From an uncultured virus (IMG/VR IMGVR_UViG_3300000116_000008) (Duplodnaviria > Heunggongvirae > Uroviricota > Caudoviricetes): a stretch of DNA of 64,000 nt. Under the pieces are notes generated by a model, which worked only from the letters and a program-made list of their open reading frames with translations, had not been told where the DNA came from and made no database searches. The position numbers and the translations under genes are program-made. Below, one piece after another: positions 27,622 through 37,217 of the stretch; position 1 is the stretch's first letter; each line of letters opens with the position of its first letter. The stretch lies in IMG/VR virus record IMGVR_UViG_3300000116_000008. One strand, given 5' to 3'.

Positions 27622-28246
27622 GAGCGAAGAAATATTTGTAGTTGGAAATTCATGGTCTATACCTTGTGATGAAGCACCCGTACCTGCTTATAATATACTC
27701 GGTTTAAAAAACCGATGGGAAATTCCTGGAATTACTTTAGATGCACAAGCAGAATACATTATTGATAACAATCTTGTCAACAGATTTAAAGTAATTTGGC
27801 TAATTGGCCACCATCACAGAGTTGACCCAACAGGTGCTGGCCGTTATTTACTACCCTATCCTTTAGGACCTAATGATCCATACGGTAAGTTAGTAAGAGA
27901 TTTGTGGTTTAAGAAGCTGACTAAAATGCCTTGGTATAATAGAATTAATGCTTTGTTTATTAAAGCGGTATTGGGTGATGCTACTAGAGATAATTTAATG
28001 CTCATACCTATTTATAGACCTCATACTTTAGAGCATATCTGGTTTACAGGACATCCTTGTATTTGGGATTTCAATTTGAGAGATTTTGCTAAAAAAGATG
28101 GAAACTTAGGTCCTCAAGGACATATGAATCAACAGGGTCATATTAAGTTTGCACCTATATTAGCATCGGAGATATACGATAGATGGAAGATTACATTAAA
28201 GATGGCTGGTCCGACGCAGTTGAAATCGGATTTAATGAGACGATAG
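27620..28246 (+). CDS. SGNH-like protein
   Basis: VVGNSWS N-terminal motif and GHMNQQGH C-terminal motif. Confidence 0.6.
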   Translation: MSEEIFVVGNSWSIPCDEAPVPAYNILGLKNRWEIPGITLDAQAEYIIDNNLVNRFKVIWLIGHHHRVDPTGAGRYLLPYPLGPNDPYGKLVRDLWFKKLTKMPWYNRINALFIKAVLGDATRDNLMLIPIYRPHTLEHIWFTGHPCIWDFNLRDFAKKDGNLGPQGHMNQQGHIKFAPILASEIYDRWKITLKMAGPTQLKSDLMRR

Positions 28247-28758
28247 CTAGACGAGCAAGTGATATAGTAAAATATTGCGAAAAAAATTATATAAATCACG
28301 GGCATCAATGGAGATGTGATTTTGCAGGTAAAGTTGCCATTCTTTTAAAACCTGGAGAAGGTTATGAATGGCACTTTGATAATTTAGACTTTGCGGAACG
28401 TCGATTAACAACTTCTCGTCCTGGGCGCTTTTGGTCACATCTAGTTTACTTAACTGAGGGTAAGCCTTTTGAGATTGGATCTTGGAACCCTAAAGGAAAT
28501 CGAGTTGAGCAAACCGATTTTTCTGCGCCTGAACCAGAAGAGATTTTAGTTAGAATATATCCTAAACCTGGAAAAACACTATTATTTCCTTGCTTTATGG
28601 TTCATCGTATACAACCTATTGTAGATAATCGTAGATGGGCATTTGTTGATTTTGTTGATGAACCTAATTATTCTACTAAAACGAAAAAAGATTTAACTAA
28701 TATATTTAATAGGTACTTTGATGAAGATACTAGGAGTAAGCTGCTATCATCACGATAG
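28183..28758 (+). CDS. 2OG-Fe(II) oxygenase
   Basis: YEWHFD...LVYL...PKPGKTLLFP..MVHRIQPI..RR. Confidence 0.82.
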   Translation: MEDYIKDGWSDAVEIGFNETIARRASDIVKYCEKNYINHGHQWRCDFAGKVAILLKPGEGYEWHFDNLDFAERRLTTSRPGRFWSHLVYLTEGKPFEIGSWNPKGNRVEQTDFSAPEPEEILVRIYPKPGKTLLFPCFMVHRIQPIVDNRRWAFVDFVDEPNYSTKTKKDLTNIFNRYFDEDTRSKLLSSR

Positions 28759-30079
28759 TGCAGCTGCATCATTAAAAAATAAATTTATACAAGGAGCCGC
28801 TCACGAAGAGAGGTTTACTCGTAAAAAATACGATAACTCTTTTCCAAATAATACAATTAGATGGTTACAAAATTGTTATGAGGACTGGGAGATAGCTGCT
28901 TTCTATGAAGAAAGTACCTATAAACAGTTTAAAACTGATATTAAAAAAATCACTAAAGCAGAACCTGTTTTAGTTGATCATCATAGTGCTCATGCTATGA
29001 GTTCTATTCTTATGACTGACTGGGAAGACTGCGCTGTAATGGTGATAGATACTGTTGGTGGTAAATTTTCAACATCTTTAGGAGTATATGAAAATGGCAA
29101 AATTACGTGGATCAAAAGGTTCCGTTATCCCAATTCTCTTGGGCTTTTTTATTCAACTGCTACTCGTTTATTGGGTTTTAAACCACTCAGCGGTGAGTCT
29201 CAAGTTATGGCAGCAGCAGGATATGGTACTCCAAAATGGGCTAATTTTATAAAAGATAAATTTATAAATGTTCAAGAAGGTGATTACACTTTACTACATG
29301 ATCTTACTCGTGGCGTAGGTTCGGGTGTTTTAGATTGGGATATAGCTGCTTCAGTTCAGTCTGTTTTTACAGATGTTGTGGTTAACTTAGCTAATTGGCT
29401 ATATAAAGAAACTGGAAAGACTAATTTAGCTTACTCAGGCGGTTGCGCTCTTAACTGTGTTACTAATTCACACTTAATGCGTTACACTTTGTTTAATGAT
29501 ATAGCTATACAACCTGCAGCAGGAGATGCTGGTGCTTCTTTAGGCGCAGCTGCTCTTATTGAAAGACCTGTATGGGAAAATGCATTTTTAGGATATGAGG
29601 ACTATGAGCATCTACAGGCAGACGAAGCAGCAGATAAACTTATTAAAGGTGATATAATACCAATTATTCATGGTCGAGCTGAGTTTGGACCTAGAGCTTT
29701 GGGAAATAGAACCTTGCTATGTGCTCCTATAGATAGTACAATAGACAGATTAAATAAAATTAAAAATAGAGAGAACGATTCTTGGCGACCTTATGCACCT
29801 ATTATTCAAGACAAGGAAGCTAATGACTTTTTTAATATATACAAAGCTTGTCCACATATGTTATTTGTAGCTGGTATAAAAGAGAAATCTAATTTTAAGA
29901 CTCACGATAATACCGCTAGATTACAACATATTACAGGCTCTCAGGCTTATTTATATAAAATTTTAGAAATTACAAGACAATATGGTTATCCAATTCTTAT
30001 AAATACAAGTTTAAATGCAAAAGGTAAGCCTATAGTTAATAAGAAAGAAGACTTACATGAAATACAATTATCTGACTGA
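28718..30079 (+). CDS. Carbamoyltransferase (NodU/CmcH/TobZ family)
   Basis: HDSAAA, EERFTRKK, HH.AHA, GGCALNC, EFGPRALGNR, LINTSLN. Confidence 0.93.
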   Translation: MMKILGVSCYHHDSAAASLKNKFIQGAAHEERFTRKKYDNSFPNNTIRWLQNCYEDWEIAAFYEESTYKQFKTDIKKITKAEPVLVDHHSAHAMSSILMTDWEDCAVMVIDTVGGKFSTSLGVYENGKITWIKRFRYPNSLGLFYSTATRLLGFKPLSGESQVMAAAGYGTPKWANFIKDKFINVQEGDYTLLHDLTRGVGSGVLDWDIAASVQSVFTDVVVNLANWLYKETGKTNLAYSGGCALNCVTNSHLMRYTLFNDIAIQPAAGDAGASLGAAALIERPVWENAFLGYEDYEHLQADEAADKLIKGDIIPIIHGRAEFGPRALGNRTLLCAPIDSTIDRLNKIKNRENDSWRPYAPIIQDKEANDFFNIYKACPHMLFVAGIKEKSNFKTHDNTARLQHITGSQAYLYKILEITRQYGYPILINTSLNAKGKPIVNKKEDLHEIQLSD

Positions 30080-30731
30080 TGTTGAAACTGAAACTCTTAA
30101 GTCTGGCAGAACTTATTTTACCCCTGACGGTGCTTATCCTTCTATTACTACTATATTAGGAAAAACAGCTGATAATACCTGGCTCCAAAAATGGATAGAA
30201 CGGGTAGGAGAAGAAGAAGCCGCACGAGTGTCTAAAGAAGCTACAGATAGAGGAACATTAGTACATGAATTTGCAGAGAGACATTTTAATGGGGAATCTA
30301 TTACAGATGAACTAAAGGTTCAAACTTTAGATGTTAGACAAATGAGTCATGATTTAATTAAAATGACTGAATCAGGAGTAGAAGAGGTATGGGGACAAGA
30401 ACAAGTTCTTTGGAGTAATAAATACAAATACGCTGGTAGAACTGACATGGTAGGTATCTGGAAAGGTAAACCTACTATAATTGATTTTAAAACAAGTAAG
30501 AAGAAAAAATATGTTAAACAAATTACTGATTATTTTATTCAGTGCTGTGCTTACGCTGTTGCTCACAACGAGCTGTACGGTACAGGTATCAGAAACATGG
30601 CAGTGCTCATTACAGTCGATGGCGGAGAACCCCAAATCTTTGAACGTGACGCCGTGCCTTATCTTCCACTTTTAAAGAATAGGAGAATGACGTTTGACAA
30701 ACTGCAAGCAGCTAAAACTACCTCTTCTTGA
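30057..30731 (+). CDS. PD-(D/E)XK exonuclease (Cas4-like phage exonuclease)
   Basis: YPSITTIL, RGTLVH, YAGRTD..IIDFKTS..Q..AYA. Confidence 0.88.
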   Translation: MKYNYLTDVETETLKSGRTYFTPDGAYPSITTILGKTADNTWLQKWIERVGEEEAARVSKEATDRGTLVHEFAERHFNGESITDELKVQTLDVRQMSHDLIKMTESGVEEVWGQEQVLWSNKYKYAGRTDMVGIWKGKPTIIDFKTSKKKKYVKQITDYFIQCCAYAVAHNELYGTGIRNMAVLITVDGGEPQIFERDAVPYLPLLKNRRMTFDKLQAAKTTSS

Positions 30732-31206
30732 AGGTGTTAATATTCACAAATTAATACACTTTTTTAAATTAGGTAAGCATCTTTTTACTGATCGATATTC
30801 AGAGTCTCCTCATTGGAAATCTTTTGACTTAATTAGTAACACAGGCTACTCGCCTATGTTTAAACATTTTCCTGAAATAGTAAAATGGTCAGAAATGTTA
30901 CAAAAAAAGAAATTCATTTCAAAAATACTAACACTTTACATATCAGTATTAGCACCCCGACAACAGATACCTTGGCATGTTGATATGGATAAACTAGGAT
31001 TTAATAAAGCATTTATTACGGCTTTACACATTGATGATAGCTTTATCGAGTTTAAAGATGATAAAAAATATTTTTATAAAAAAGGCTATAGCTATGCATT
31101 ACAAACAGGAATTGAGCATAGAATTATAAATATGAGTGATGATTATAGAATTACACTGTGTACGTCCCCAACAAAGGAGTTAAATAATGATACAATGGTT
31201 GCATGA
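30694..31206 (+). CDS. 2OG-Fe(II) oxygenase, Asp/Asn beta-hydroxylase-like
   Basis: IPWHVD...EHRIINMSDDYRI. Confidence 0.72.
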   Translation: MTNCKQLKLPLLEGVNIHKLIHFFKLGKHLFTDRYSESPHWKSFDLISNTGYSPMFKHFPEIVKWSEMLQKKKFISKILTLYISVLAPRQQIPWHVDMDKLGFNKAFITALHIDDSFIEFKDDKKYFYKKGYSYALQTGIEHRIINMSDDYRITLCTSPTKELNNDTMVA

Positions 31207-31315
31207 TTGGTATGAGACTTGGAAATTCAATAAAGAATTTGAGAAAAAGAAGAAAGAACTATTAAAAAAAGATCCCTTTATTTATAAGAATGGTAATGAT
31301 GATAAGAAGAATTAA
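31187..31315 (+). CDS. Small hypothetical protein (42 aa)
   Basis: AAGGAG SD; MIQWLHDW...KKDPFIYK. Confidence 0.55.
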   Translation: MIQWLHDWYETWKFNKEFEKKKKELLKKDPFIYKNGNDDKKN

Positions 31316-31499
31316 AAAACCACTGCTGGAATTTTTCGAAAAACACACATTGACCGATGCTGAAAAATCTTTTATATTAGGTTGTATAACTTCACAGAAA
31401 AAATTTCCACAACTTACACACCGTCAATGGCAAGTGGTTTGTGAGATAGAAAAGAGATACAAAGATGAGCAAATACTCAGGGGTAGAGAGACTACCTAG
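31290..31499 (+). CDS. Hypothetical protein
   Basis: ORF track; LTDAEKSFI..LTHRQW. Confidence 0.55.
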   Translation: MVMMIRRIKKPLLEFFEKHTLTDAEKSFILGCITSQKKFPQLTHRQWQVVCEIEKRYKDEQILRGRETT

Positions 31500-31806
31500 C
31501 GGAAAAATTAAATATAGGGGTACTACTTTTGCAGGATTCAACAAACCGAGACAATCTAACCGACCTGAGAAAAAGGGTATGGTACTTGCAAAAAAAGGCG
31601 ATAAAATTAAACTTATCCATTTTGGAGACAGTTCTATGGGGCATAACTACAGCCCAGCGGCGCGTAAGAGCTTCAAGGCAAGACACGCAAAAAATATCGC
31701 AAAAGGACCTATGTCCGCTGCTTACTGGTCTGATAAGGTGTATTGGGCAGGACCGAAAGGTTCCACAAAACAACCGCCAAAATCACAAAAGTATGTTAGA
31801 AGATGA
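31465..31806 (+). CDS. Small basic phage protein
   Basis: KLIHFGD...RKSFKARH...SAAYWS, a pattern typical of marine viral basic proteins. Confidence 0.7.
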   Translation: MSKYSGVERLPSGKIKYRGTTFAGFNKPRQSNRPEKKGMVLAKKGDKIKLIHFGDSSMGHNYSPAARKSFKARHAKNIAKGPMSAAYWSDKVYWAGPKGSTKQPPKSQKYVRR

Positions 31807-31853
31807 TCCCAGTTATTATGGCTGGTAATTAACTATTTCATAAGCAATAATCT

Positions 31854-32564
31854 ATGACAAATATAATAAAATTTCATCTGGTACAAGACTTTCCAGATAC
31901 TCTTGTACTTCCTCCACTTTCTTCTAAGAAACTTATTCCTGATTGGTTTAAGAAAATTCCACCTACAAATGAAGACGATCTTACAGTAAAAAAATGTGTA
32001 CCGTTTATTGATGCGATGAGTGCTGGGTACACTATTTTATCTCATATAGATATTATATTATATCAGACTGAAAAGAAAGAAGTTAGAATATATTGTCCAG
32101 ATAAGAAACATGAAGAACATTGTAAACGTTGGCCTCCTATAGAAACTCATCCGCAAAGGCAAGTTCCTGGCTCACCGATGTCGGGATATACTATCATAAA
32201 ATTCATGAGTCCATGGATTATTGAAACACCACCTGAGTATTCAACATTATTCTTACCTCCCATAAATAGACTAGAAATACCTATAGTTCCTTTAGTGGGC
32301 TTAGTAGATACAGATACTTACTACAATAACGTTAATATACCTTTTATACATACAGCGCTACAACCCGATAATGAAAAGCATTTAATACCTGCTGGTACTC
32401 CTATTTGTCAAGTAATTCCTTTTAAACGAGAAGAGTGGAAAGCTGAGTATACTTGGACAGAGAAAGAACAGTTAGATAGACAAAAAGAAGAGCGTGTAAA
32501 AATTACAGCAGAGAGACTAGATTGGTATAAAAATAATGCTCATCAAAAGAAAAAGTATGTCTGA
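31854..32564 (+). CDS. DUF6065-like phage protein
   Basis: PDWFK, KKCVPFIDAM..GY, PWIIETP, GLVDTD, GTPICQVIPFKRE. Confidence 0.65.
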   Translation: MTNIIKFHLVQDFPDTLVLPPLSSKKLIPDWFKKIPPTNEDDLTVKKCVPFIDAMSAGYTILSHIDIILYQTEKKEVRIYCPDKKHEEHCKRWPPIETHPQRQVPGSPMSGYTIIKFMSPWIIETPPEYSTLFLPPINRLEIPIVPLVGLVDTDTYYNNVNIPFIHTALQPDNEKHLIPAGTPICQVIPFKREEWKAEYTWTEKEQLDRQKEERVKITAERLDWYKNNAHQKKKYV

Positions 32565-32970
32565 ATGTTGTATAATAGGAGCAGGAAGTACAAAATATAA
32601 TGCATTACCAAATAAGCACAATTTCTATATAAGTGCTAATCTACATTACCCTAATGCTAACATTATTTTTGCACAAGATGATCCTATATTAGATAAAATA
32701 CTAAAGAAGAAACTAGATGGTTTTAATACACAACCTGTATTTACAACACCTCAAAAATATCGTGACTACAAGGACTTTAGTCGGTGTTATGTGTTTGATT
32801 ATAGGAACTTTTATAATACAGGAAGTTTATCATCTGGCCTAAATGCCATTGTTTTGGCACAGTTTTTAGGTTTTACGCATATCAATCTTGCAGGATTTAA
32901 CTTTAATGAAAAAGATTATTCGGTTGATTTTGATACAATTAGAGGTAATGTAAAATATACATTTTTATAA
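32536..32970 (+). CDS. Hypothetical protein
   Basis: IIGAG.., SSGLNAIVLA..LGF..INLAGF. Confidence 0.55.
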   Translation: MLIKRKSMSECCIIGAGSTKYNALPNKHNFYISANLHYPNANIIFAQDDPILDKILKKKLDGFNTQPVFTTPQKYRDYKDFSRCYVFDYRNFYNTGSLSSGLNAIVLAQFLGFTHINLAGFNFNEKDYSVDFDTIRGNVKYTFL

Positions 32971-32979
32971 GGAGAAACA

Positions 32980-33420
32980 ATGGATATAGATAAATTAAGA
33001 GAAGAAATTGAATATGATGAAGGAAATGTTCAGAAAATATACTTAGATCATCTTGGGTTGCCTACTTTTGGTATTGGACATCTTGTACGTGAGTCTGACC
33101 CTGAACATGGTTGGGAAGTAGGAGTAGAAGTTAGTAAGGAAAGATGTGACTCTGTTTTTAACGAAGATGTTAAAACAGTTATAGCTGACTGCCATAAACT
33201 TTATTCTGACTTTGATGATTTACCTGAAGAAGCTAAACGAATAATTGCAAATATGATGTTTAATATGGGTAGACCTAGATTATCTAAATTTAAAGGTATG
33301 AAAAGAGGTGTGGATGCGAGAGATTGGAACGCAGCCGCAGACGAAATGGTTGATAGCAGATGGTATCGCCAAGTAACAAAACGCGCTCAAAGATTAGTTG
33401 ATCGAATGAGAGCTGTATAA
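32980..33420 (+). CDS. Phage lysozyme (GH24, T4-lysozyme-like)
   Basis: DEG...YLDHLGLPTFGIGHL, NMMFNMG, SRWYRQV..RA. Confidence 0.92.
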   Translation: MDIDKLREEIEYDEGNVQKIYLDHLGLPTFGIGHLVRESDPEHGWEVGVEVSKERCDSVFNEDVKTVIADCHKLYSDFDDLPEEAKRIIANMMFNMGRPRLSKFKGMKRGVDARDWNAAADEMVDSRWYRQVTKRAQRLVDRMRAV

Positions 33421-33438
33421 CCGATATATCGGTTTTTT
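33419..33438 (+). terminator. Intrinsic terminator after lysozyme
   Basis: AACCGA-TATA-TCGGTT followed by a T run. Confidence 0.65.
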
Positions 33439-33495
33439 AACTAACTTGGGTGATGCATAAGTTAACGAACACCCTCTATTAGAAAGATAAAATTA

Positions 33496-34563
33496 ATGAA
33501 ACTACTAAAACTATTGATAGTTGCACTATCAGTTATGTTTTTCAGTGTTGCACATGCTGAAAATAAGACAAAAGTCGGATTTATTTATGTTGGCCCAACT
33601 GGCGACCATGGATGGACTTATAGACACGATATAGGAAGACAAGATGTTGAAAAGCATTTTGGAGACAAAGTTGAAACCACTTACATTGAAAGTGTAAAGT
33701 ATGGACCTGACGCAGAACGTGCAATCAGAGCTATGGCCAAAGGTGGAGCAGATATTATATTTGCAACAAGTTTTGGTTACATGGAGCCTATGCTTAAAGT
33801 AGCAAAAGAATTTCCAAATGTAAAATTTGAACATGCTACAGGTTATAAGCAATCAGATAACATGGCAAGTTATGGATTGAGATTATACCAAGCCAGACAC
33901 GTACAAGGTGTAATTGCAGGTATGATGACTAAGACTAACAAAATTTGTTACGTTGGTGCATTTCCAATTCCAGAAGTTATTCGTGAAATTAACACGTATT
34001 ACTTAGGTGCTAAGTCGGTTAATCCAGATGTTGATATTGATATCGTATGGGTTAATACATGGTACGATCCAGGTAAAGAAGCACAAGCCGCTAAGGTTAT
34101 GATTGCAGAAGGTTGTGATATGGTTGCTCAGCATACTGATTCACCTGCTCCATTGCAGACTGCAGAAAAAGCAGGCGTACTAGGTTTTGGTCAAGCATCA
34201 AACCAATATAAGTTTGCTCCTAAAGCTCAGTTGACTGCAACTATTGACAACTGGTCACCATACTATATTGAAAAAGTACAAGCAGTAATGGACGGCACTT
34301 GGAAGAGTGGTGATTACTTTGGGCACATGAAAGATGATGTTGTACAGATGGCACCATTTACTAATATGCCAGACGATGTAAAAGCATTTGCACAAAAGAT
34401 TAAAGATGGTATTACCAATGGAAAGTATTTTGCTTTTACTGGTCCTATCAAAGACAACACAGGTAAACTTCAGTTGAAAGACGGAGAGATTGCTAGTGAT
34501 GCACATCTTAATAGTATGATGTACTATGTTGAAGGTATTGACGCTAAAGTGCCTGGTAAATAA
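33496..34563 (+). CDS. BMP-family ABC substrate-binding protein (purine nucleoside-type)
   Basis: Signal peptide; KVGFIYVGP.GDHGW, IFATSFGYM, QHTDSP. Confidence 0.92.
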   Translation: MKLLKLLIVALSVMFFSVAHAENKTKVGFIYVGPTGDHGWTYRHDIGRQDVEKHFGDKVETTYIESVKYGPDAERAIRAMAKGGADIIFATSFGYMEPMLKVAKEFPNVKFEHATGYKQSDNMASYGLRLYQARHVQGVIAGMMTKTNKICYVGAFPIPEVIREINTYYLGAKSVNPDVDIDIVWVNTWYDPGKEAQAAKVMIAEGCDMVAQHTDSPAPLQTAEKAGVLGFGQASNQYKFAPKAQLTATIDNWSPYYIEKVQAVMDGTWKSGDYFGHMKDDVVQMAPFTNMPDDVKAFAQKIKDGITNGKYFAFTGPIKDNTGKLQLKDGEIASDAHLNSMMYYVEGIDAKVPGK

Positions 34564-34565
34564 AA

Positions 34566-35423
34566 ATGATACCAATAATAGACTTTAATGATACCAATCA
34601 TTTAAAGCATATAGAAGAAGCCTACACTAGTGTAGGCTTCGCTGTATTTAAAAACACATTAGCTTCTAAAGATCAAACTACTATGAATGTGTGGTTTGAT
34701 TTAATGAAAGAATTTTTTAAACAAGATTTAGAAGAAAAAAATAAATACAAATATCAAGCTAAAAACAACTTAGGTTATTCAGTTATGGGTGCAGAAAACG
34801 TAGATCCTAATGCACCAAAGGATATGAAAGAAAGTTTTAATTATAATAACAGTAGAATGCCTAATGAGTTATGGCCTACTATAAATGGATTTAAATCAAA
34901 TGCATTACAAACTATTGACATTGCAGATAGACTTACACTACAAATCTTAGAAAAGTTTGACACTATATTAGAGACAGATTCAGTATTAGTTAATTCACAT
35001 TTAAAACCGTATAATACCACAAGAGTTATACATTATCCAGCGTATACTGGCTCTTTAGAAGATAAACAATTAAGAATAGGTGAGCATAGTGATTATGGAA
35101 CTGTTACTCTACTTTGGCAGATTAATGATGTACCAGGATTAGAAGTACAAGATTTAAACGGTGTTTGGCACCCAGTACCTTACGAAAAAAATGGTGTTGT
35201 AGTTAATATCGGTGACTTACTACAACGTTGGACTAACGATTATTTTGTTAGTACAAAACACAGAGTGGTAAATAGCCATATACATATTCCAAGGTACAGT
35301 ATGCCACATTTTGTAGATCCTACTCCAGGCACTATTGTTGAAAATCTTACTAATGAGCCTGCAAAATATGAACCTATTGAGAGTAAAGAATATTTAATGT
35401 GGCGATTAAGTCAGAGTTATTAA
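34566..35423 (+). CDS. Isopenicillin N synthase-family 2OG-Fe(II) dioxygenase
   Basis: IPIID, HSDYGTVTLL, NIGDLLQRWTND..ST.HRV..RYS. Confidence 0.9.
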   Translation: MIPIIDFNDTNHLKHIEEAYTSVGFAVFKNTLASKDQTTMNVWFDLMKEFFKQDLEEKNKYKYQAKNNLGYSVMGAENVDPNAPKDMKESFNYNNSRMPNELWPTINGFKSNALQTIDIADRLTLQILEKFDTILETDSVLVNSHLKPYNTTRVIHYPAYTGSLEDKQLRIGEHSDYGTVTLLWQINDVPGLEVQDLNGVWHPVPYEKNGVVVNIGDLLQRWTNDYFVSTKHRVVNSHIHIPRYSMPHFVDPTPGTIVENLTNEPAKYEPIESKEYLMWRLSQSY

Positions 35424-35433
35424 ATTTTTAAAA

Positions 35434-35474
35434 TGTAATAAAATTGTAACATTTGTGTAATATAATTGTAATAT
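35434..35474 (+). promoter_or_regulatory. Pho-box-like array: four TGTAA repeats at 11-bp spacing
   Basis: TGTAA at 35434, 35445, 35456 and 35467, upstream of a phosphate transporter. Confidence 0.7.
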
Positions 35475-35513
35475 GTAGGTTAATGACCTACTTTTTACTT
35501 TTGGAGAAAGTTA

Positions 35514-35981
35514 ATGAAAGAATTAATTAAAAAGGTAGGTAAAATGGAATTAGGAAATCCCGTAATCACGGTACTCTTCGGACTTGTAATTTTTTATATA
35601 GGTCTTAAAATGTTCTCAGGTGGAATGAAATCCATGGGAAACTTAGAACACTTAAACTTCTTTTTAGGTAATCCGATGTATATGTTTATAGGTGGAATAG
35701 TCATGACGTTATTATGGCAATCTTCATCTCTTTCTACAACTGCTATAATAGCTTTAGTAGCATCGGGAGCAATACCTCTGCCCGCGGCAATAGCAGCTGT
35801 ACTAGGGGCTAATATCGGTACAACCGGCACCATTTGGTTAGCTGGTTTTTTAGTATCTGATGGCATGCCCAAAGGAGATACTTTAAGAATAGCTTTGGCT
35901 CATAGCGGTGCTAATCTCTTTATGGCAGTAATGTTACTACCTTGGGTTCATCACATAGCTAGGTGGCTATCTAAATTTTAA
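35514..35981 (+). CDS. Short Na+/Pi cotransporter family protein
   Basis: TLLWQSSS, LGANIGTT. Confidence 0.85.
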   Translation: MKELIKKVGKMELGNPVITVLFGLVIFYIGLKMFSGGMKSMGNLEHLNFFLGNPMYMFIGGIVMTLLWQSSSLSTTAIIALVASGAIPLPAAIAAVLGANIGTTGTIWLAGFLVSDGMPKGDTLRIALAHSGANLFMAVMLLPWVHHIARWLSKF

Positions 35982-36018
35982 CCTTGCCAAACCACTTTTC
36001 AAAAATTATAATTAACTT

Positions 36019-36405
36019 ATGGGAATGAAACTGTTTATAGGCTCACTTATGGTTATGGCTGTGATGGCAGCTGGGTTCGCTTGGTATTTCAAAAATACCC
36101 AGGCACGTATAACTACGCTTGTAGGAAATCAAGCTAAGTTAGAAGGTGTCATCCAGACACAGAACGAAACTATGAAAACCATGAAAGAAAACTTAACTAA
36201 ACAATTAAATCTTAGTAAAGATTTAAATGCAAAGTTAAACGAAGCCGATAAACAAAATAAACAAATTGCAGGACTATTAGCAAAAACTGACATAGTTAAA
36301 AACTCTATGGCTGACCCAAAACGTGTGGAAGGATCGATAAATGAGAAAGCTAAAAAGCTATTTGATACTATCAAAAGCATTACTACTCGTTCTTCTACTA
36401 AGTAA
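36019..36405 (+). CDS. Putative i-spanin (Rz-like)
   Basis: N-terminal TM plus coiled coil; overlaps a lipoprotein gene. Confidence 0.6.
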   Translation: MGMKLFIGSLMVMAVMAAGFAWYFKNTQARITTLVGNQAKLEGVIQTQNETMKTMKENLTKQLNLSKDLNAKLNEADKQNKQIAGLLAKTDIVKNSMADPKRVEGSINEKAKKLFDTIKSITTRSSTK

Positions 36406-36700
36406 TTGTTCTTTTATGCCAGAACCCAAAGTGGTTACTGAGACAAAGATTATAAAACCTACAATTATGATAGTAGATCATCCTGAGCCGTTAACGTTTG
36501 CAGATATGAATATGACAGTAATTACTGAGAAAAATGTTAATGAAGTAATTAAAACTATGAAAGAAAAGAAAGGTTACTTCGTTATTTACGGACTAGATCC
36601 TCAGTCTTTTAGCAATTTAGCTATTAGCTTAGAACAAATTAAAAGGTATATAGAACAACAAAAACAAATAATACTTTATTACGAAAAATCAGTTAAATAA
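36341..36700 (+). CDS. Putative o-spanin (Rz1-like lipoprotein)
   Basis: Lipobox LLLSNC; Pro-containing stretch. Confidence 0.6.
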   Translation: MRKLKSYLILSKALLLVLLLSNCSFMPEPKVVTETKIIKPTIMIVDHPEPLTFADMNMTVITEKNVNEVIKTMKEKKGYFVIYGLDPQSFSNLAISLEQIKRYIEQQKQIILYYEKSVK

Positions 36701-36725
36701 AGTAATTATCCCCCAAGGAGTTACA

Positions 36726-37217
36726 ATGATTGACCCAATCAGTGCCATTGCGATGGCTACTACTGCATTCAACACCATTAAAAAAGGTTTTGAAGTCGGC
36801 AGAGATATAGAATCAATGTATGGAGATATGGGCCGCTGGATGGGCGCCGTGGCAGACATAGACCAAGCAGCTAAAATGAATAAAAAACCGCCCCTATTTA
36901 AGAAGATATTTGCAGGCTCAAGTATCGAACAAGAAGCAATGGACATCTTTGCAGCTAAGAAAAAAGCTGAAGCGATGGAACTAGAATTAAAGAATTTTGT
37001 AAATATGACTCATGGTCCTAATAGTTGGAATGAGATAATTACATTACAAGCACAGATTCGTAAAGACAGAAAAAAAGCAATATACGACCAAGAGCAAAGA
37101 AGACAAGAAGTATTAAATGCAGTAGGTCTAATACTTATAGTAGGTGCTGTAATTGGTCTTTTAGTTGGAGGTTTTACGATAGTAGTTGATATATTTGGGC
37201 ACCCTAGACAATGGTAA
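36726..37217 (+). CDS. Hypothetical protein with C-terminal TM
   Basis: AAGGAG SD; MIDPISAIAMA N-terminus. Confidence 0.7.
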   Translation: MIDPISAIAMATTAFNTIKKGFEVGRDIESMYGDMGRWMGAVADIDQAAKMNKKPPLFKKIFAGSSIEQEAMDIFAAKKKAEAMELELKNFVNMTHGPNSWNEIITLQAQIRKDRKKAIYDQEQRRQEVLNAVGLILIVGAVIGLLVGGFTIVVDIFGHPRQW

